Assembly (NCBI GenBank): GCA_032128875.1
Contig: JAVLKG010000010.1
Location: forward strand, 160,996-224,995
From: Candidatus Melainabacteria bacterium 17Bon1m
GTDB lineage: Bacteria; Cyanobacteriota; Vampirovibrionia; Obscuribacterales; Obscuribacteraceae
Direction: 5' to 3'
DNA: 64,000 bases
Part shown: one piece after another, positions 58,808 to 64,000 of the stretch
Numbering within the stretch: the stretch's first letter is position 1
Layout: each line of letters begins with the position of its first letter
Made by a program: the position numbers and the translations under genes
Notes under the pieces: model-generated
Told to the model about the DNA's origin: nothing
Database searches by the model: none
Seen by the model: only the letters and a program-made list of their open reading frames with translations

Positions 58808-59821
58808 ATGAATAAACAATCACTACTGAAAAAGCAGGCCACATCCGCAATGCTTATGGCATTGCTTCTATCGTCAATGCCAATCGCTGCCGCCGCGCCC
58901 CAAGCGAGGTTTCAGAAATCTGCAAATAGTGTCACAACGACACGGAAAGATGCGGCAAAACTTCCGGCAGCCCCTCTTATCGCTGTTCCATTCCGCTCCT
59001 GGATACCCAAAAGAGAAAAGCCCAGACTCGTGTTGCTTTGCATACATGCTTTAGGGTTTAGCAGCAAAAGCTATGACAATTTCGGACGTCGCATGGCGGC
59101 AGCCGGCATCCCCACATTTGCGTTGGACGTAAGAGGTTTCGGCGAGTGGATGAATAAGAAGGGAGAAGGCGAAATGGACTTCGAAGCTTGCCTTACAGAC
59201 GTTGAACAAGCGATGAAAACTTTACATGTCGCGTATCCTAAAATTCCTGTCTTTCTGGTGGGAGAGTCGATGGGTGGCGCCATTGCCATACAAGCAGCAT
59301 CACGTTATCCAGACCAAGTGAATGGTCTGGTTTCAGCAGTCCCTTCCGCCACCAGTCGTGCCGGTGGCATGTTGAAATCCGGGACTGTTGTAGCCTTTCA
59401 CTCTGTTGCTCCGCTTGGGAAAATAGATATGGCGCCAGTTGTTGTTGATGGCTCAACCTCCAATGAAGCGCTCAGGCAAAAGATCGAAGATGATCCTGCA
59501 AATCGCATGGAACTGTCCAGAAAAGAAATTATCCAATTCGAGAGATTCATGAAGCAGACGCATGATGCTGCACCTCTCGTAGAGAGGACACCAGTTCTGG
59601 TACTGGTTGCTTACAAAGACAAACTTGTCACGCCAGGCGGGTCAGTCGATCTGTTTAGCGAAATGACGACTGCACAAAAATTGATGATCGGCGATGGAAA
59701 CAGCGGACATCTTATGCTGGAAGAAGGACAAATGACTCCGGAAATTGAAAGGATTCTCAAGAATTGGCTCAGTGAGAAGTCCGGCAAAGTGGCTCAATCA
59801 GCCAATGTCGCATCCAACTGA
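58808..59821 (+). CDS. Secreted alpha/beta hydrolase (lysophospholipase/monoglyceride-lipase-like)
   Basis: CIHALG, DVRGFG, GESMGG nucleophile elbow, KD and SGH. ATG 58808 with AAGGA SD is preferred over GTG 58736. Confidence 0.88.
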   Translation: MNKQSLLKKQATSAMLMALLLSSMPIAAAAPQARFQKSANSVTTTRKDAAKLPAAPLIAVPFRSWIPKREKPRLVLLCIHALGFSSKSYDNFGRRMAAAGIPTFALDVRGFGEWMNKKGEGEMDFEACLTDVEQAMKTLHVAYPKIPVFLVGESMGGAIAIQAASRYPDQVNGLVSAVPSATSRAGGMLKSGTVVAFHSVAPLGKIDMAPVVVDGSTSNEALRQKIEDDPANRMELSRKEIIQFERFMKQTHDAAPLVERTPVLVLVAYKDKLVTPGGSVDLFSEMTTAQKLMIGDGNSGHLMLEEGQMTPEIERILKNWLSEKSGKVAQSANVASN

Positions 59822-59838
59822 ATTGACCTGGAGGTCTT

Positions 59839-60174
59839 ATGAAATCACTTATTACATACTCAATGTTGGCTATGCTCTGCCTACTTCAGGTGCCACCTGG
59901 ACAAGCTGCCGACAAAAAAATGACGACATACGAGCGTCAGATTAATCTAATGAAGCGTATCAACGAGGGGCAGAAGACAAAGCAACTAACCGTAAAACAA
60001 GCAAAAGGGCTGCGCAAAGACCTGAGCAAAATTGCCACCAGTAAGCAAAAAAATCGGGATGACAAACTTGGGAAAAATCACAAGGAAAAGACAGAAAACG
60101 TTGAAGAACGGCTCACTGAGACTAGCGAGAAAATCGAAAAGCTCAAAAAGGATAATATCGAGGACAAGGACTAA
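59839..60174 (+). CDS. Small secreted Lys-rich helical protein
   Basis: GGAGG SD and signal peptide ending GQA-A. Confidence 0.7.
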   Translation: MKSLITYSMLAMLCLLQVPPGQAADKKMTTYERQINLMKRINEGQKTKQLTVKQAKGLRKDLSKIATSKQKNRDDKLGKNHKEKTENVEERLTETSEKIEKLKKDNIEDKD

Positions 60175-60177
60175 GCG

Positions 60178-60894
60178 ATGAACTTCTCAAAATTGCTAAA
60201 CCGCCTAATGCAGTCACCTTGGTCACAGTATGATAGGAAAGCCATGGACATTCTGGCTGCATTTATTCATGACGCCGAACACGAGATGAAGACAGTAATT
60301 ACGGCATTGCAAGCGCATATAGACTTGTGGCACCACGAACAATCCCTAAATTATGTATCCCAAGAACGTTATGGAGTACTCAATCGCGCGGTCGCTCGTC
60401 TGATTTCAGACACAAATATTCTCGCCGCCGTAACCGAATTGACGACAACTCCACAAGTAAATACAAGGATTAAATTGCAAGGACTTATCGAGGAGATTAC
60501 CGATGAAACCAGATCGAACTTCAGAGAACAAGACGTTTTTATCAACGCAAATATCACCTCTGAGTCTAGTTTAAATGGCAGCGCCATTGCTCTAAAACTG
60601 ATGCTGAAAGAGACTGTCCTTGCACTGCTTCAAGAGTGCAAAAAGAAGGAAACAATCTCGATAACTGGCCAAACTGAAAAGAAAGGCATGTCGCTGATTT
60701 TTGAAACCGGTGCGGATGAAAATCACGGCAAGTTCGAAGACTGGCAGCTAGGCAAGCTGAGACTCAATCCGAGCAACGGAGAAGGAATCAGTTTGGCTGC
60801 AGTAGATGCGATCGCAAGGATGCACAGAGGTCAGCTAGCAGTAAAAACCTCAAAAAATCAAAGGCATGAGTACAGGCTCCTCTTCAGCAATTAA
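60178..60894 (+). CDS. Degenerate histidine-kinase-like protein (no sensor domain)
   Basis: H-box-like AEHEMKTVIT and G2-like GEGISLAAVDAIARMHRGQL; N and G1 boxes not recognisable. Confidence 0.65.
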   Translation: MNFSKLLNRLMQSPWSQYDRKAMDILAAFIHDAEHEMKTVITALQAHIDLWHHEQSLNYVSQERYGVLNRAVARLISDTNILAAVTELTTTPQVNTRIKLQGLIEEITDETRSNFREQDVFINANITSESSLNGSAIALKLMLKETVLALLQECKKKETISITGQTEKKGMSLIFETGADENHGKFEDWQLGKLRLNPSNGEGISLAAVDAIARMHRGQLAVKTSKNQRHEYRLLFSN

Positions 60895-60908
60895 TCAGCG
60901 CGGGCAGT

Positions 60909-61580
60909 TCAATTCTCGGTCTTATAGCCAAGACCACGCACTGTGGTGATGATCGAGGCGCCATCCACCTCATCAATTTTTCGTCTCAAAGTTCGAACAT
61001 GAGTCCTAACAGTGTCTTCCATCAGTCCGAAATCCTTCTGCCAAACTCTCTCAAATAGCGCATGAGCGCTAAAGACTTGGTTTGGATGAGCCATCAGGAA
61101 TCTAAGCAACTTGAACTCCATCGGATGCAAATGTACCAAAATGTCGTTTCTTGTCACTGTCCCGGCCCCGGCATCTAATGATATAAGCCCGGATGTCAAC
61201 ACTCGCTCACTGCGAAGTGAGGGTCTGCGGAGCAGGGCCCTTACCTGGGCGGATAAATCTAAAAGTCGAAATGGCTTGCACAAATACACATCTGCGCCTG
61301 CATCAAGACCATTTTGAAGCTCTTCTGATGAATGACACGAAGACATCAACAGAATCGGTGCATTTCCGCCTGCAGCTCGATAACTCTTGATTATGCTAAT
61401 TGCATCCAGCCCTGGCAGAGCGACTTCCAGCGCAATGACGTCGAACTTGCCTTCACGCAAAGATTCCAATGCGCGTAAGCCATTGTTCTCAACCTGAACA
61501 GAGTATTTCTCCAAAACAAAAAAGTCTCTCAATGCTGATGCCAGATCAATTTGCGTTTCAGCTATCAGCATTTTAGACAT
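60909..61580 (-). CDS. OmpR/PhoB-family response regulator with atypical receiver domain
   Basis: GADVYLCKPF and wHTH (EFKLL...VW...VRTHVRTLRRKI...TVRGLGY). The phosphoacceptor position reads E (IALEVALP). Confidence 0.9.
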   Translation of the reverse strand: MSKMLIAETQIDLASALRDFFVLEKYSVQVENNGLRALESLREGKFDVIALEVALPGLDAISIIKSYRAAGGNAPILLMSSCHSSEELQNGLDAGADVYLCKPFRLLDLSAQVRALLRRPSLRSERVLTSGLISLDAGAGTVTRNDILVHLHPMEFKLLRFLMAHPNQVFSAHALFERVWQKDFGLMEDTVRTHVRTLRRKIDEVDGASIITTVRGLGYKTEN

Positions 61581-61745
61581 TGTTTAATTCCAGCGTTACT
61601 TGCAGCTGTAGCTGCTGATGAATTAAGTTCATCATTCCGCCATCATATAGCTTAAACCGCAAGAATTCTGCTATTTGAATGAAGCAAGGCAATAGCTGTT
61701 GCCACATACCTGTACCAGGTCCCAAACAGTGGATACGTAAATATT

Positions 61746-61774
61746 TACTGCCCTTGCAGGAAGCAAGGGCAGTA
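61746..61774 (-). terminator. Perfect 12-bp stem-loop downstream of 61807-63006
   Basis: TACTGCCCTTGC-AGGAA-GCAAGGGCAGTA; weak U tract. Confidence 0.55.
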
Positions 61775-61806
61775 TTGTGGTTAAAGCTCCAGGTTGAGTA
61801 TTTTGC

Positions 61807-63006
61807 CTAACGAATCAGAAAATCGCGAACGGTCATTAGAATCGACGGTTTCTTTCTATTGAGATAGTCAATGAAATTGGGGTCTGAATATTGAGACCAG
61901 CCAACTGAGCCATTCCAGTTGTTATTCTTATACTCCATGAACTCAGGCCTCAATTGATCCAGAAGGGCACTTTCTTGCGCCGAAGTTATACGACCTTCAA
62001 GTGCTAGTTGATGGATATTGGCGATGTTTTGCGTCAATTCGGAACGTTCATCACTCCAATTAGAAGAATACAAGTAATCTCCTCCATCTCCCATTCCGAG
62101 AAAACCGAGAATGCTCTGCAGCAGCGAGGGATTTTTGGTTTGTATGTAATCAATAAACTGAGGATCGGAGTATGCGTTCCAACTATAAGGTCCATTGTAT
62201 TGATTGTTGTGATACTGAAGATAAGCGGCTCTCATTTGCCTATCCAACTGCTCCTGTTGTTGTCGATTGAGATCGGCCAACTCGTTGAAACGGCTGAGAT
62301 TTGACCTCAAATACGACCTTTGCTCGTTCCAATTGTTGTGATACTTTTTGTATGTCTGATATCGTTCACGATTACTTAGTTTGTAGTCCCAACGTTTGTC
62401 AGGACGATAACTACGCCGATAATCGTTGCTATTGCGCGCTCGATTCCTAGTTTGCTGATTAGCCCGATTGAGCGCCTCAACTCGTTCATTCTCTCGCTTT
62501 ATAGAAGCCTGGCGCTCGCGCGCATCAGCCTGATTATTGACTCGCTCCCTCTGAAGCTCTCTGTCCTTGTAATCACGCCACGTTGATTCCCTTCCGTCAC
62601 GTTTTTGCTGCTTTAGCGCTTGATTAAAGTCATTGCTGCGTGCTTTAGCGTCATGCTTATTCGCTTGTTCAGCCTGCCTGCGACTTTTCTCTTGAGCTTG
62701 ATTCAATGCCGACTGATAGTTTGCCTCTCGCTCACGCTGTTTGTCTTGTGCGTGATTACGCCCAACACCCTGATTATTGCTGCGAAGCTGTTTATCCGCA
62801 TTTTGATTCTGCTTACGCTGCTGGTTTTCATTTCTTTGCTGTTCTTTCTGCTGCTGCTGTTGCTGCTTCTTTTCTTCATTTTTTGCATCAGCAGGCACTA
62901 CTGGCGCAGCTAAAGTAAAAATAGCGGTCGCTCCAACAAGTAATGTCTGAAAGCAATTTTTTCGGAAAACCGCCGCCGTGCGCGGTCTACACTCTGTTAT
63001 GTTCAT
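61807..63006 (-). CDS. Secreted protein with Q/R/N-rich coiled coil and duplicated C-terminal domain
   Basis: Signal peptide (ADA-K); two ~85-aa repeats containing W..YSDP.FIDY....PS.L. Confidence 0.8.
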   Translation of the reverse strand: MNITECRPRTAAVFRKNCFQTLLVGATAIFTLAAPVVPADAKNEEKKQQQQQQKEQQRNENQQRKQNQNADKQLRSNNQGVGRNHAQDKQREREANYQSALNQAQEKSRRQAEQANKHDAKARSNDFNQALKQQKRDGRESTWRDYKDRELQRERVNNQADARERQASIKRENERVEALNRANQQTRNRARNSNDYRRSYRPDKRWDYKLSNRERYQTYKKYHNNWNEQRSYLRSNLSRFNELADLNRQQQEQLDRQMRAAYLQYHNNQYNGPYSWNAYSDPQFIDYIQTKNPSLLQSILGFLGMGDGGDYLYSSNWSDERSELTQNIANIHQLALEGRITSAQESALLDQLRPEFMEYKNNNWNGSVGWSQYSDPNFIDYLNRKKPSILMTVRDFLIR

Positions 63007-63325
63007 TAAAAAATCCTCCGATTTTCAGTGCACGTGACCATCAAATTTTCGAAAGCGCTTTTGATGGAAAGGTTCATGACTGATGTGTGCCTTTAAATCT
63101 GAGTTCTTTTAAGAATTCTTCGCTTTGATGTCTGCCACCCAGAATTGGATGGCTGGCCTAACTTCAGTATGCTCAGTTTAGGTTAAAACTGGGTGAACAC
63201 AAAGGCGGTCTACAGTGGCAAAAGCTTATCTAGCCTCTACTTACTCCTGAATCGAGAGTTTAAAGAATTAAGCCGAAAATCACAGAGAAGGCTAGAATGT
63301 AAAGACTTACGCCGAGGTTAGAACG

Positions 63326-63667
63326 ATGAACATCAGGCGCCTGGAAGTCCTAGCCATTTCGGCACTCTACTTACTCGTACTGGCGTGGTCACCACTGTGG
63401 CAACTCATAGGGCACACGATAACTAATACTGGTTGTCGACTAACAAAAGTCCCCGGCGTAGTTGCCATCGATCACAACCTTGCTTTTCACGTCGGAAATT
63501 TACCCATGCTCATTTTCGGCGTATTGCTTGTCGCCATTGGGCTTTCTCTCCTTTTTGACTGTTGCAAGAGAAAGGGTTCGCCAAAAGAGATATATTCATG
63601 TGCCAGTTGCTCAACTCCGTATGAGCCCGGCAACAAATTCTGTCATTCCTGCGGCTCCGAGTTGTAA
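63326..63667 (+). CDS. Small 2-TM protein with C-terminal Zn ribbon (paralog of 55973-56248)
   Basis: MNIRRLEVLAISAL...CASCSTPYEPGNKFCHSCGSEL; GAGG SD. Confidence 0.75.
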   Translation: MNIRRLEVLAISALYLLVLAWSPLWQLIGHTITNTGCRLTKVPGVVAIDHNLAFHVGNLPMLIFGVLLVAIGLSLLFDCCKRKGSPKEIYSCASCSTPYEPGNKFCHSCGSEL

Positions 63668-64000
63668 CGCCACACAGCAACGTTCTTCTTGAACAGCGCG
63701 AAGGATAAATGCGATCATCAGCGCTTAGAGTTTGAAGATGGATACAATCCATTGAATTCAGAGGTTTAGGCAATTTCAGCCAAAGATTGCAGAAACAGCT
63801 TTTCTGCTTCGTAGAATTCTCTATCTTTAACATCGGTCGCGTCCGATGTTAGTCAAGCTTTTCGGACTCACCATACCCAAGGGTAATTAGCGCTCTTGGT
63901 TTTCCTATAGCTATCGATTTCGGTGATCAACGACAATTAAAATTGAACGTCAGTGACAATTAGAATTGAACCTTTTTGGGGTAGCCAGTGTAATTGTCCG

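Overview
Bacterial chromosomal window. The protein repertoire suggests a Melainabacteria/Vampirovibrionia-like organism, but this is inference only. It has four parts. (1) 1-32.8 kb, an uncharacterised locus. A Pro-rich coiled-coil gene missed by the ORF track is divergent from a three-gene unit: a membrane-anchored VirD4/TraD-like ATPase with degenerate catalytic motifs, a HerA/VirB4-like ATPase, and a small overlapping gene. Directly after come three giant proteins (3987, 1386 and 1615 aa) with no signal peptide. Their N-termini are unrelated and repeat-rich, but they share a C-terminal module: LysM-LysM-[Zn ribbon]-novel ~90-aa terminal domain. This is the best candidate for an undescribed export system with a dedicated substrate family. 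(2) 32.9-45.8 kb, housekeeping genes: GT9, PiT, USP, DinG/YoaA, LysM, M16 peptidase, FeoB, TPR. (3) 46.0-55.4 kb, tRNA-His(GTG) followed by a ~9.3-kb island with no integrase, bounded by a perfect 22-bp duplication of the tRNA 3' end. It carries likely defence genes: HEPN, HNH-STAND ATPase, KAP NTPase and a PD-(D/E)xK-like protein. (4) 55.5-64 kb, an accessory block. A truncated metallophosphoesterase precedes two paralogous Zn-ribbon membrane genes, which bracket an ECF sigma factor, a hydrolase, a degenerate His-kinase/response-regulator pair and secreted proteins. All calls come from motif reading; no database searches were run.
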